Shown piece after piece: positions 1-9,278 of a stretch of DNA of 64,000 nucleotides (position 1 is its first letter; each line of letters starts with the position of its first letter). Below the pieces are notes generated by a model. That model saw only the letters and a list, made by a program, of their open reading frames with translations. It had not been told where the DNA came from and made no database searches. This DNA comes from Planctomycetota bacterium. Lineage in GTDB: Bacteria > Planctomycetota > Planctomycetia > Pirellulales > Lacipirellulaceae. The position numbers and the translations under genes were made by a program. The stretch spans positions 32,001-96,000 of the forward strand of contig JBCCXZ010000004.1 in assembly GCA_039190745.1 (NCBI GenBank), written 5' to 3'.

Positions 1-2
1 GT

Positions 3-1451
3 TCGAACACGTTCGACGTACAACTCACTACTGCACCTGTAAGCGTGCCCGACCCGAACAACCCCGGGCAGTTTGTCCGAGACTTCGACGCGGACGGTGA
101 CCAAGCCATTCTTAAGATCGACGGCGGAGTCGACCTAAACAGCAACCCCGGAGTGGACAACGTAACCCCGGGTTCGGTTTCTTACGGTTTTGAGGAGTTC
201 GTCACCACGAAGGCGCCCGGCTACGTCGACGACGGCAGCGGCAACAACATCGGCACGGGGACGGGCAACTACGTACAGACAATCGACGCGACCCAACTCT
301 CCGAGGGCCGCCACTACCTCACAACCAGGGTCTTCCGTCACCGGGACAGCGGACCTGCTGTGTACGAAGACCAGAAAGAGACGATCTACATCGACCTCCT
401 GCCGCCAGAGTCGGCAGTGGTGAGCTTCGAACCCCTGGCCAACCTCCCGGAGAGGACCGAGAACCGAGAGCTGATCGTTGAATCGGTCGACCAGACCGGG
501 GACTCGATGCACTTCTTCCTCAATCTGCCGGAAAACGTCACCGATGCCGAAGTGCTTCAGATGGCGCTCAACGACGAGGGAACTGCCGACCTCTACGACC
601 AAGACCAGTGGAGCGACGACTTCCGGATGCTCGGCACGGGCAACCACGTGGCGACGATCGTGACTTTCGAGCCGACGTTCGACGGGACCAACGGCTTCAA
701 CATCCAGCGTGTACCCGGGTTGCTGATCGACAGCCGTCGCAGCGCAGGCTTCGGGGACTTGGATGTCGACAACAGCATCACGCCGTCCGACCTGTCCGGT
801 ATCGACAACGACTCCTTCGAAGACGTCCTCTACAGCCAGGGCGACAAGTTCAACGCCTCGGCTGATGTCGACGGCGACGGCGACGTAGACAACCTCGACC
901 TCTTCGGGCTAGGAGACGAGTTAGTAGCAGCCGGCGCCTCGCAGGCGGCGCTCGACGCCTACGTCGACGTACGCATCAGACGAGGCGACCTCGACACCGA
1001 CGGCCTCACGAACTCGGCGGACGTGGCGCAGCTCTACGCCAGCTTCGGGACCACCGGTTGGCTGGAGGACTTGAACGCAGACGGGGCCGTCGACCTTGGC
1101 GATGTCCAATCGCTTGTGGAGGACGTCGTCGGCTCCATGATGGGAGACCTCGACCTCGACGGCGATATCGACGCCAACGACCTGCTCGCGCTGCAACGCG
1201 GTTTCGGCTTGTCCTCGCCGCGATACGACCAGGGAGATGTCAACGTAGACGGCTTCGTTGACGCAACCGACTCGACACTCCTGCGGGACGCATTCGGTTT
1301 CGGCGCAACTGCGTTGACCTCGATCGCCACCGTCCCCGAACCAGGAACCATGCTGATCGCGACGGCCCTGTTGGGACTCGCTTGCGTAAGGCGCCGACCG
1401 GCCAGGCCCATCGAGGGAGGGGACCGGCGGGTTTACTTTTCTTTGATTTGA
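3..1451 (+). CDS. C-terminal part of a large PEP-CTERM surface protein with dockerin-like repeats (5' end outside the window)
   Basis: Frame is open from base 3. Repeated D-x-D-x-D-G-D-(V/I)-D motifs; C-terminus VPEPGTMLIATALLGLACVRRR. The catalytic domain, possibly GH13 by context, is not visible. Confidence 0.85.
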   Translation, partial: SNTFDVQLTTAPVSVPDPNNPGQFVRDFDADGDQAILKIDGGVDLNSNPGVDNVTPGSVSYGFEEFVTTKAPGYVDDGSGNNIGTGTGNYVQTIDATQLSEGRHYLTTRVFRHRDSGPAVYEDQKETIYIDLLPPESAVVSFEPLANLPERTENRELIVESVDQTGDSMHFFLNLPENVTDAEVLQMALNDEGTADLYDQDQWSDDFRMLGTGNHVATIVTFEPTFDGTNGFNIQRVPGLLIDSRRSAGFGDLDVDNSITPSDLSGIDNDSFEDVLYSQGDKFNASADVDGDGDVDNLDLFGLGDELVAAGASQAALDAYVDVRIRRGDLDTDGLTNSADVAQLYASFGTTGWLEDLNADGAVDLGDVQSLVEDVVGSMMGDLDLDGDIDANDLLALQRGFGLSSPRYDQGDVNVDGFVDATDSTLLRDAFGFGATALTSIATVPEPGTMLIATALLGLACVRRRPARPIEGGDRRVYFSLI

Positions 1452-1519
1452 TTTCTTGCTTGCGGTGATGAACAGACTTCGATGAACCATCTCGCACCAC
1501 AATGAGGGAGGATTTTGAA

Positions 1520-2905
1520 ATGAGACGCAACTTGAATCTCGGGGCACTCGTAGCTTGTTTGGCGGTCGGCGGCTCTGCTTTGGCGCAAGTGCCCGTCATC
1601 GACGGCACCGCCGACGGCCTTTACGGATTGGCCCTTTCGACTCAGAACACAAGCACCGGCTTTGGGGACAACAGCTCTGCGGACCCGATCGCGACCGCAA
1701 ATGGCGGTTCCGAGATCAACCAAGTCTTCGCGACTGTCGGCAACGACGGCGTAGAGGACCGGCTCTATGTCACGATCACTGGCAATCTCGAAACCAACTT
1801 CAACAAGCTCGAGATCTTCATCGATTCCGAGGCCGGCGTTGGTCAAAACGAAATTGTTGGCAGTACCCTTCCCACCGACGTTGATGGTTTTTGCTGTGGC
1901 TTCAACGGAGTGACTGCCACTACGGACGGAGCGTTGCAACGACAGGATTTCTTACTCTTCGATGCCGATTTTGAAGCGGACTACTACCTCACGTTCTCCA
2001 ACGGCTCCGAGGAGATCGGCGGAACGAACTTCTGGGCCGGTTCGGCGCACTATGCAGAACTCAACAACGGACCAACAGGACGCAACGTCCGTGCCGGCGT
2101 GATCTTCGCCCCACAGGGCATCTCGGACATCCTCCGAGCCCCGAATACCGCCGATATCGACCAAGACATCGACGTGGATATCGCGGACGCTCTGGCCGGC
2201 CAGCGGCTAGGGAATGACCTGAACGGAGATTGGTCGGCGCAGCTCGGCACCGACCGAACGGAAGCCAACGACTTCTTCGTACCGTTCGATGGCGGACCCA
2301 ACAGCGCTACCCAACTGCCGTTGGCTGGAGTGCTGCCCAATACGACCCCAGGTCAGGTGTTCGACCAGAACTACGCATTGGGCGACGGCGGCTGCACGGC
2401 CGACACCACCGACGGCGGCGCCGGTTGCGTGGCCCGCGAGCTTGAGTTCTTGCTTCCGGTTGATTCCAACGACCCGACGAACGCCCTGAACCATCGCGAC
2501 TTCGATAACGAAATCCGTCTTGAGATGGCGTTCGACAACAGCAACGTTGATGGAGTCGAAGGCGCCAACGACGGCAGCTTCGCAGGTGACCCTGAGAACG
2601 TAGTTACAGGCTTTGAGTTCTCTATCCCGCTGAGTGAAATCGGGAGCCCCGGCGCAGGCGACGACATCAAGATCACTACCTATGTCAATGGCACAGCCCA
2701 CGACTTCGCATCCAACCAGTTTGGCGGTGTAGGCGTTCTATCCGCCAATCCAGGCGGGGCGCCTGACCTAAGCACTATCGCAGGCGATCAATTCGTCACG
2801 ATTACGGTCCCGAGTCCGCCAGCTATTGGCGCCGTGCCCGAGCCGGGTTCGGTTGCCCTCGTTGCGTTGGCTGGTTTGGCCCTCGGCGTGACCCGTCGTC
2901 GGTAG
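1520..2905 (+). CDS. Secreted PEP-CTERM protein with a possible DOMON/CBM9-like carbohydrate-binding fold
   Basis: GAGGGAGG upstream of ATG 1520; signal peptide ending GSALA; VPEPGSVALVALAGLALGVTRRR tail. LYVTITG..LEIFIDS and GFEFSIPLSEIG resemble DOMON/CBM9-like strands (inference). Confidence 0.8.
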   Translation: MRRNLNLGALVACLAVGGSALAQVPVIDGTADGLYGLALSTQNTSTGFGDNSSADPIATANGGSEINQVFATVGNDGVEDRLYVTITGNLETNFNKLEIFIDSEAGVGQNEIVGSTLPTDVDGFCCGFNGVTATTDGALQRQDFLLFDADFEADYYLTFSNGSEEIGGTNFWAGSAHYAELNNGPTGRNVRAGVIFAPQGISDILRAPNTADIDQDIDVDIADALAGQRLGNDLNGDWSAQLGTDRTEANDFFVPFDGGPNSATQLPLAGVLPNTTPGQVFDQNYALGDGGCTADTTDGGAGCVARELEFLLPVDSNDPTNALNHRDFDNEIRLEMAFDNSNVDGVEGANDGSFAGDPENVVTGFEFSIPLSEIGSPGAGDDIKITTYVNGTAHDFASNQFGGVGVLSANPGGAPDLSTIAGDQFVTITVPSPPAIGAVPEPGSVALVALAGLALGVTRRR

Positions 2906-2924
2906 CCCCTGCAGCAGCTTTGCC

Positions 2925-2962
2925 AACCGGCCGCGGCCCAGCGCCGCGGCCGGTTTTTCTTT
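2925..2962 (+). terminator. Rho-independent terminator
   Basis: Perfect 13-bp stem AACCGGCCGCGGC/GCCGCGGCCGGTT with a 5-nt loop, followed by TTTCTTT. Confidence 0.85.
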
Positions 2963-2993
2963 ACCTTAAACCGTACAAACGAAAGCAATCGCC

Positions 2994-4979
2994 GTGGCCC
3001 GAAACGACGCGGACCCACTCAGAATCGCGGTACTCCTGATCGTGGCCAGTTCGGCAGCCCTCGCCGGATGCAACGAGGGAGGGCAAACCACGGTCGCGTC
3101 CGAGCCGCAAACGGCGGCTGCTTCCGAGGCCTCGGTTACCAAGAAGACGCCGGAGCCGTATGACGAAACGTTCCGAGGCGTATCGACAGAGAACGTGCCG
3201 GCCTGGGTCGCCGACGCAATCTTCTACCAGATATTCCCTGAGCGTTTCCGCAACGGCGACCCTAACAACGACCCCACCAGAGAATCCCTTGAGTTCCCCG
3301 ACGTGGTCGGCGACGACTGGCGCATCTCCTCGTGGACGGCAGATTGGTACGGGCGCGACGACTGGGAGAAAGCACTAGGCGAGAACTTCTACGACGACGG
3401 CGTCTTCCACCGCCGCTACGGCGGCGATCTGCAAGGGGTGATCGACAAGCTTGATTACGTTGGCTCGCTCGGCGTGAACACGCTGTACTTCAACCCGGTG
3501 TTCTACGGCCGCTCGATGCACAAGTACGACGGGGCGTCGATGCACCACATCGACCCCTACTTCGGCCCCGACCCTGTGGGCGACTTTGCCCTGATGAAAG
3601 AGGAGACGGCCGACCCGTCCAGCTGGCAATGGACAGCCGCCGATAAGCTCTTCCTGAAACTGCTTAAGGAAGCCAAAGACCGCGGCATCCGGGTGATCAT
3701 CGACGGAGTCTTCAACCACACCGGGCGGGACTTCTTCGCGTTTGCGGACATCCGTGAAAAGCAGGAGGCGTCCGACTACACCGACTGGTACATCGTCCAG
3801 CGATTCGACGATCCCAGCACTACGCAGAACGAATTCCGCTACAAGGGCTGGTGGGGCGTCGACACCCTGCCGGAGTTCGCCAACTCGCCCGACGGCGCAG
3901 ACCTCCACCCCGGTCCGCGCGAGTACGTCATGGCGATCACCGCGCGGTGGATGGACCCCAACGGCGACGGCGACCCTTCCGACGGGATCGACGGCTGGCG
4001 ACTGGACGTCGCGAACGAGGTGCCGACCGGATTCTGGAAGGCGTGGAACCAACGCGTGCGTGAGATCAACCCGGAAGCGTACACCGTTGCCGAAATCTGG
4101 GACGATGCCCTGAACTTCCTGCGAGACGGCGGTTTCTCGGCCACGATGAACTACCACGGCTTCGCCTACCCGGTGAAGGGATACTTGATCGATGGCAAGC
4201 TGACTCCGAACGACTTCGGCCAGCAACTCGAGGGCCGGCGAGTTCAGTACCCGCTCGCGATGCAGTTCGGTCTGCAGAACCTGATCGACTCGCACGACAC
4301 CGACCGCGTCGCCTCGATGGTTGTCAATGCTGGGCACGCCCCGTACGAGAACGCGGAGCGGTTTGACTACGACATCGGCGGCCGCGTCTCGCCTCGGTAC
4401 GATCCCGAATACAGCGTCCGAGCCCCCAACAAACGAGAACGCAGGATCCAACGGCTGGTCGCCCTTACGCAGATGACCAGCTTGGGAGCGCCGATGGTCT
4501 ACTACGGCACCGAAGCCGGCATGTGGGGCGGCGACGATCCTTGCGACCGGATGCCGATGGTCTGGGAAGACTTGGAGTACGCCGCTCAGACCGCGGACCC
4601 ACTCGGACGCGAGCGGGAGCCGGATGCCGTTGGTTTCGACAGCAACCTCTTCAATTTCTTCAGAGGGGCTATCTCGTTGAGAAAGGGGTATCCCCCGTTC
4701 CGCCGGGGCACGTCTGCAACACTTGCCGTGGACGACGCCGCACAGTTCTACGCTTTCCAGCGAGAGTACGGAGACGAGAAGCTGATTGTCTGCATCAACC
4801 GAGGCGAGGAGGCCTATCAATGGGATCTCCCGATCGGGCCCAAGGAGGGGGTCGAGAAGATTTTTAGCGCCGCCCCCGATTCCTGGGACGTCGGCGTCCG
4901 AAAGAACGAAGGCGGCTACTCGATTGAGCTTCCGGGCTTGGACGCGGCCGTGCTGGAATTGTTCCCCACGCTGGAGTAG
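2994..4979 (+). CDS. GH13 alpha-amylase family lipoprotein (neopullulanase/cyclomaltodextrinase-like)
   Basis: Lipobox ALAGC; FYQIFPERF; GH13 regions DGVFNHTG, GWRLDVANE, AEIWD, DSHD; YYGTEAGM. Confidence 0.92.
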   Translation: MARNDADPLRIAVLLIVASSAALAGCNEGGQTTVASEPQTAAASEASVTKKTPEPYDETFRGVSTENVPAWVADAIFYQIFPERFRNGDPNNDPTRESLEFPDVVGDDWRISSWTADWYGRDDWEKALGENFYDDGVFHRRYGGDLQGVIDKLDYVGSLGVNTLYFNPVFYGRSMHKYDGASMHHIDPYFGPDPVGDFALMKEETADPSSWQWTAADKLFLKLLKEAKDRGIRVIIDGVFNHTGRDFFAFADIREKQEASDYTDWYIVQRFDDPSTTQNEFRYKGWWGVDTLPEFANSPDGADLHPGPREYVMAITARWMDPNGDGDPSDGIDGWRLDVANEVPTGFWKAWNQRVREINPEAYTVAEIWDDALNFLRDGGFSATMNYHGFAYPVKGYLIDGKLTPNDFGQQLEGRRVQYPLAMQFGLQNLIDSHDTDRVASMVVNAGHAPYENAERFDYDIGGRVSPRYDPEYSVRAPNKRERRIQRLVALTQMTSLGAPMVYYGTEAGMWGGDDPCDRMPMVWEDLEYAAQTADPLGREREPDAVGFDSNLFNFFRGAISLRKGYPPFRRGTSATLAVDDAAQFYAFQREYGDEKLIVCINRGEEAYQWDLPIGPKEGVEKIFSAAPDSWDVGVRKNEGGYSIELPGLDAAVLELFPTLE

Positions 4980-4982
4980 CGA

Positions 4983-7295
4983 GTGCCCCAGGACCGCAGT
5001 TATGCCGGACGCGGTCGCAGCGCGTGGGTTCGCCTTCTGCTGACCTGCCTCCTTACGGCCGGCCTCGCGGGTTGCGGCGGCGAGGCGGGCACGCGAGTGA
5101 CTCTTTGGCACCAGATGCGGCCCGGCGATCGCCTGGTGCTTGAGGAGCGCCTGGAGCAGTTCCGTGCATTGCACCCCAATGCCGATGTCCGTGCACTCTA
5201 CAAAGAAACCGAAGAGTTGCGCAGCGGCGTTGAGTCGGCTGTACTCGCTGGGCAAGGCCCCGAGATCGTCTATGGCCCGTCGGACGCGGTCGGCATCTAC
5301 CACACGATCGGCGGCGTGCAGGATATGTCGCCTTGGTTCTCTAATGAGGTTTGCGAAGCCTTTGACAACCGGGCCCTTGTACGGCTGAAAGATCCTGATG
5401 ATCCGGCGACCGAGGAGCTCGTGTTCGTCGGCGACCGCTTTGGCAACCACCTCGGGTTGGTCTACAACCGCAGTTTCCTCGCCGAGCCCCCGAAGACTGC
5501 TGCTGAGTTCGTCGAAGCCGCCAAGGCGAACACCGTCGACGAGAACGGCGACGGGCGTCCCGAGCGGTACGGGGTGGTTTGGAACTATACCGAACCTTTC
5601 TTCGTTGTGCCGTTCCTGACAGGATTCGCTTCGTGGGTCCTGGACGACGACGGTGAAGGGCCTCCCACTCCGACGCTTGATAATGAGGCCGCGGTAGCCG
5701 CCTACGAGTATGTCTCCGAGTTGAAGCTGAAGCACAAGGTCTTGCCGCGGTCGGCGGACTACGAGGCGGCGGCGGCGCTGTTTCTTTCCGGCAAGTCGGC
5801 GATGATCCTCGACGGCGATTGGAGCTGGCAGAAATACCTGAGCGAGCCGGGGATCGACGCGGCCGTGGGGCTGCTGCCGGTGGTCGAGTCGACGGGCCTG
5901 CCAATGGCGTCGACCGTCGCGCCGAAGGGCTACAGTCTTACAGTCGCCGCTAAGGGCGCTAACCGCGAGCTGGCGGTGGAGCTGATCCGGTTCCTCACGA
6001 GCGAAGAAACCCAGCGGGTATTCCTGCAGGAGCAGAAGGTGCTGCCCTCGCGGTTGGCGGTGCGTGAAGACCCGATTATCGAGAGCGATCCGACGCTGCG
6101 GGTTGGTCTTGAGCTGGCTGAACGCGGGCCATTGATGCCAACGGCCACCGAACTGCGAGCGGTGTGGGACGCGATGCGGCCTCCCTACCAGGCACTGATG
6201 GCGGGTCAGCTCTCGCCTAAGGAAGCCGCGGCGGAGATGCAGGCCAGCGCCGTCAAGAAAATTGAGATTATGACCAGTGAGGTCGAGCCGGACGGGTCGG
6301 CGATCCTGGTGCAAGTGATCGGACTGGCCTTGCTCCTTGGCGGCCTCGCATATTTCCGGGGTACGTTCGTGGAATTCTTCCGCGACCTGCCACGGCAACC
6401 GCTTTCGTATTTGTTTGTGCTGCCAGCGATCGCGGTGATTTTCCTGACGGTGCTGTTCCCGCTGGTCTACAACGTGGTGCTCTCGTTTAGCAACATGTCG
6501 CTGGCGAACTTCCACGACTGGGAGATCGTCGGCCTGCACAACTACGCTTCGATGCTTGCCGGCGATGCGGCCCGGGATTTCTGGGAGCTGTTCGGCTGGA
6601 CGGTGTTCTGGACGGTGATCAACGTGGCGTTTCACGTTTCGCTCGGAGTGTTGCTGGCGGTGGTGATCAACGGACCGGTGCGAGGGAAGAGCATCTATCG
6701 AGTGATGCTGATTATCCCGTGGGCCGTTCCGGCGTACATCACGGCCCTGACTTGGCGTGGGATGTTCGATTACGAGTTTGGGGCGGTGAATCACTTCATC
6801 ACGGCCCTGAACGAGTATTTGCCGACCGCATTGCAGTTGCCGCTCCTGGACTGGCTGAAGACTGAGGGTCCCGCTTTCGCGGCGTGCATTGTCGCGAACG
6901 TGTGGCTGGGTTTCCCATTCATGATGGTGATCGCGCTAGGAGGCCTGCAGGGGATTCCGAAGGAGTTGTACGAGGCGGCGAGCATCGACGGGGCGAGCCG
7001 GCTGCGGCAGTTCTGGTCGGTAACCGTCCCGATGCTCAAGCCGGTGCTGCTGCCGGCGGTGACGCTGGGTTCGATCTGGACCTTCAACAATCTGAACGTG
7101 GTGTGGCTGGTCTCTAACGGCGGCGAGCCGAGCGACGAGACGCACATCCTTGTCTCCTACGTCTACAAAGCGGTGTTCAACCTGTACCAGTACGGTTCGG
7201 GGGCGGCGCTCTCGATGGTGATCTTCTTCATCCTGCTGGCGTTCTCGATGACCTTCCTCCGCAGTGCCAAGGCCACGGAGAACGTGTATGGCTGA
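4983..7295 (+). CDS. Sugar ABC transporter: solute-binding protein fused to a permease (MalE-MalF-like fusion)
   Basis: Lipobox LAGC, about 410-aa SBP domain (TLWHQ, GLVYNR, MILDGDW), then multiple TM helices and the EAA loop LYEAASIDGAS in one frame. Confidence 0.88.
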   Translation: MPQDRSYAGRGRSAWVRLLLTCLLTAGLAGCGGEAGTRVTLWHQMRPGDRLVLEERLEQFRALHPNADVRALYKETEELRSGVESAVLAGQGPEIVYGPSDAVGIYHTIGGVQDMSPWFSNEVCEAFDNRALVRLKDPDDPATEELVFVGDRFGNHLGLVYNRSFLAEPPKTAAEFVEAAKANTVDENGDGRPERYGVVWNYTEPFFVVPFLTGFASWVLDDDGEGPPTPTLDNEAAVAAYEYVSELKLKHKVLPRSADYEAAAALFLSGKSAMILDGDWSWQKYLSEPGIDAAVGLLPVVESTGLPMASTVAPKGYSLTVAAKGANRELAVELIRFLTSEETQRVFLQEQKVLPSRLAVREDPIIESDPTLRVGLELAERGPLMPTATELRAVWDAMRPPYQALMAGQLSPKEAAAEMQASAVKKIEIMTSEVEPDGSAILVQVIGLALLLGGLAYFRGTFVEFFRDLPRQPLSYLFVLPAIAVIFLTVLFPLVYNVVLSFSNMSLANFHDWEIVGLHNYASMLAGDAARDFWELFGWTVFWTVINVAFHVSLGVLLAVVINGPVRGKSIYRVMLIIPWAVPAYITALTWRGMFDYEFGAVNHFITALNEYLPTALQLPLLDWLKTEGPAFAACIVANVWLGFPFMMVIALGGLQGIPKELYEAASIDGASRLRQFWSVTVPMLKPVLLPAVTLGSIWTFNNLNVVWLVSNGGEPSDETHILVSYVYKAVFNLYQYGSGAALSMVIFFILLAFSMTFLRSAKATENVYG

Positions 7296-8136
7296 GCCTA
7301 GTGAACCGCGGGAATCGATGGGGCTGACGGCGTTGCGGCACGCGGTGCTGCTGCTGTTTGTGGCGATCGCGGTCTGGCCGGTGCTGGACGTGGTGAGCAT
7401 CTCGCTGCGGCCGGGGAACCGGCTGCGGACGACGGAGCTGGAGCTGATCCCCAAGGATTGGACGCTCGATTCGTACAAGCAGCTGTTCACCGACGAGCCG
7501 TTCCTGCGGTGGATGGGTAACTCGATGCTGGTTTCGCTGACGGTGACGATCACGGGCGTAGCCCTGGCGTCGGTGGCGGGGTACGCGTTCAGCCGGTGGC
7601 GGTTTGTGGGGCGGCAGACGATGATGCTCTCGATCCTCACGACCCAGATGTTCCCGGCGACGATGCTGCTGTTGCCGCTGTACCTGCTGATCGCGAAGCT
7701 GGGGTTGGTGAATACCTACTTGGGTTTAGTGGTGTTCTACACGTCGACGGCGTTGCCGTTCTGTGTTTGGCAGATGAAGGGCTTCTACGACACGATCCCC
7801 GCCTCACTGGAAGAGGCGGCGACGATCGACGGGTGCAGCCGGTGGGACGCGTTCCGGTTGGTGATCCTGCCGTTGGCGGTGCCGGGGCTGGTGATCACGG
7901 CGTTGTTCAGCTTCATGACGGCTTGGAGCGAGTACATCGTGGCGGCGCAGGTGCTGCAGGACGAGTCTCTGTTCACGCTGCCGCTGGGGATCAAGAGCTT
8001 CCAGGCGAGCATGTCGACGCAGTGGGGGCTGTACGCGGCGGCCTCGATTCTGGTGAGTGTGCCGGTGGTGGCGGTGTTTATCTTCCTGAGCCGGTTCTTG
8101 GTGTCGGGAATGACGCTGGGTGCGGTGAAGGAGTAG
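7288..8136 (+). CDS. malG: Sugar ABC transporter permease, MalG-like
   Basis: TM helices, QMFP, EAA loop LEEAATIDGCS, C-terminal GAVK; ATG overlaps the upstream stop region. Confidence 0.85.
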   Translation: MAEPSEPRESMGLTALRHAVLLLFVAIAVWPVLDVVSISLRPGNRLRTTELELIPKDWTLDSYKQLFTDEPFLRWMGNSMLVSLTVTITGVALASVAGYAFSRWRFVGRQTMMLSILTTQMFPATMLLLPLYLLIAKLGLVNTYLGLVVFYTSTALPFCVWQMKGFYDTIPASLEEAATIDGCSRWDAFRLVILPLAVPGLVITALFSFMTAWSEYIVAAQVLQDESLFTLPLGIKSFQASMSTQWGLYAAASILVSVPVVAVFIFLSRFLVSGMTLGAVKE

Positions 8137-8227
8137 CGCCGCTGCTCTTTTGTCTTTAGGCACGGAATCGGGTACACGCGGCGATACGCCAAAAATCGTC
8201 TGTTTTGTCACGGTTGGTTGCGGGTTC

Positions 8228-8254
8228 GCCAGCGACGCGTAGCGTCGCGGCTAG
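8228..8254. repeat. Short REP-like hairpin ending GGCTA
   Basis: GCCAGCGACGC-GTA-GCGTCGCGGCTA; same layout as hairpins at 25348 and 30141. Confidence 0.5.
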
Positions 8255-8321
8255 CTGCGGGCGGACTTTAATCTTTGAGTTTGCGTTCTTAGACGTCGAG
8301 TTTTTGGGGTCAGAAGGAATG

Positions 8322-8351
8322 AGCCACAGGTGGACGCAGATGAACACAGAT
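8322..8351. repeat. CAGAT-type 10-bp periodic arm (right arm degraded)
   Basis: AGCCACAGGTGGACGCAGATGAACACAGAT is nearly identical to the arms at 18689 and 49747; weak partner around 8374-8408. Confidence 0.8.
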
Positions 8352-8447
8352 GCTGTTGCTTGCGTCTCACCCAATAGTGTTCATACGTTTATATATCATG
8401 GAGTGGCCATTTGCTAACCTGCAATCGCCCATCTCGGGGGGTCGCGG

Positions 8448-9200
8448 CTACGCCGCGTCTCGCTGACGGCGGGCGTAGACGGCTTGGGCGAGCTTGCCGC
8501 CGATGAGGCCGAGGAGGGTTGTTGCGAGCCAGCCGCCGATAACAACGAAGCGCTTCGCGTGGAGGATGTAAGGGAACGTGGTGGCGACGCCGTTGGCCTC
8601 CAGAGCGACGATTCCCGACTTGCCGAAGCTCCGCCAGAGCTCTTGGCGGACCACGCCGTCGGCTTTGAGGCCGTTCGCCTCCTGGTAGTCCCTGACGGCC
8701 CGCCGCGTCTGGCTCCCGAAATCACCGTCGACTTCGAGGAGCGGGCTGGTGGAGTGCGCCTCGTTGAGCGCCGCTTGGAGGGCACGCACCGCGGGCCCCG
8801 ACCGAAGGGAGTTGAGCGACGGCATAGGCGTGGTAAACGTCCGGCCGTCGCGGGTGCGGGTGATTTGCGTGGCGGGAGCCTGAGGGCCTGCTCCGATCGA
8901 GGAGGCGTAGAAGGCGTCTTCCAGCAGCACGCGGAGCGGCATGTCGTCGACGTAGGTGAAGGCGAGCCAGTGCAGGATCGCGCCCACGCAGAAGCCGGCG
9001 GCGAAGGCTTGGCGGTAGCCGCGGTCGACGAAGGCAACGACGGCGTAGTAGAGCAGCACGATCAAGACGGCCGCGGCGATGACGTGTTGCCACGCCTCGG
9101 TGTGCTGCATGAGGGCTACGCAGCCCGCGGCGAGGAAGGCGGTGGACGCCAAGAGCGCGCGGAGTGACATACGCAGCGGGTGGGGGGCCTCTTCCATCAT
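8448..9200 (-). CDS. Membrane protein with a peptidoglycan-binding (PG_binding_1-like) domain
   Basis: Three N-terminal TM segments, then GPAVRALQAALN..VDGDFGSQTRRAVRDYQEANGLKADGVV, then a C-terminal TM segment. Confidence 0.8.
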   Translation of the reverse strand: MMEEAPHPLRMSLRALLASTAFLAAGCVALMQHTEAWQHVIAAAVLIVLLYYAVVAFVDRGYRQAFAAGFCVGAILHWLAFTYVDDMPLRVLLEDAFYASSIGAGPQAPATQITRTRDGRTFTTPMPSLNSLRSGPAVRALQAALNEAHSTSPLLEVDGDFGSQTRRAVRDYQEANGLKADGVVRQELWRSFGKSGIVALEANGVATTFPYILHAKRFVVIGGWLATTLLGLIGGKLAQAVYARRQRDAA

Positions 9201-9278
9201 GCGGTCGAGTGTAGCTGGCGATGCCGGAACGCTCCAAGCCATCCGGTCGCCGTCGGGAGCGCGGCGGCGTGAATGGGC

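Noticed and set aside
3375..6794. 1139-aa minus-strand ORF
   Set aside because: Antisense shadow of the GH13 and SBP-permease genes. Long stop-free antisense frames are common in high-GC DNA, and it has no motifs.
8156..8417. Small ORFs containing SHRWTQMNTD or VFICVHLW (also at 49499-49798)
   Set aside because: The shared peptides are just translations of the CAGAT repeat arm.
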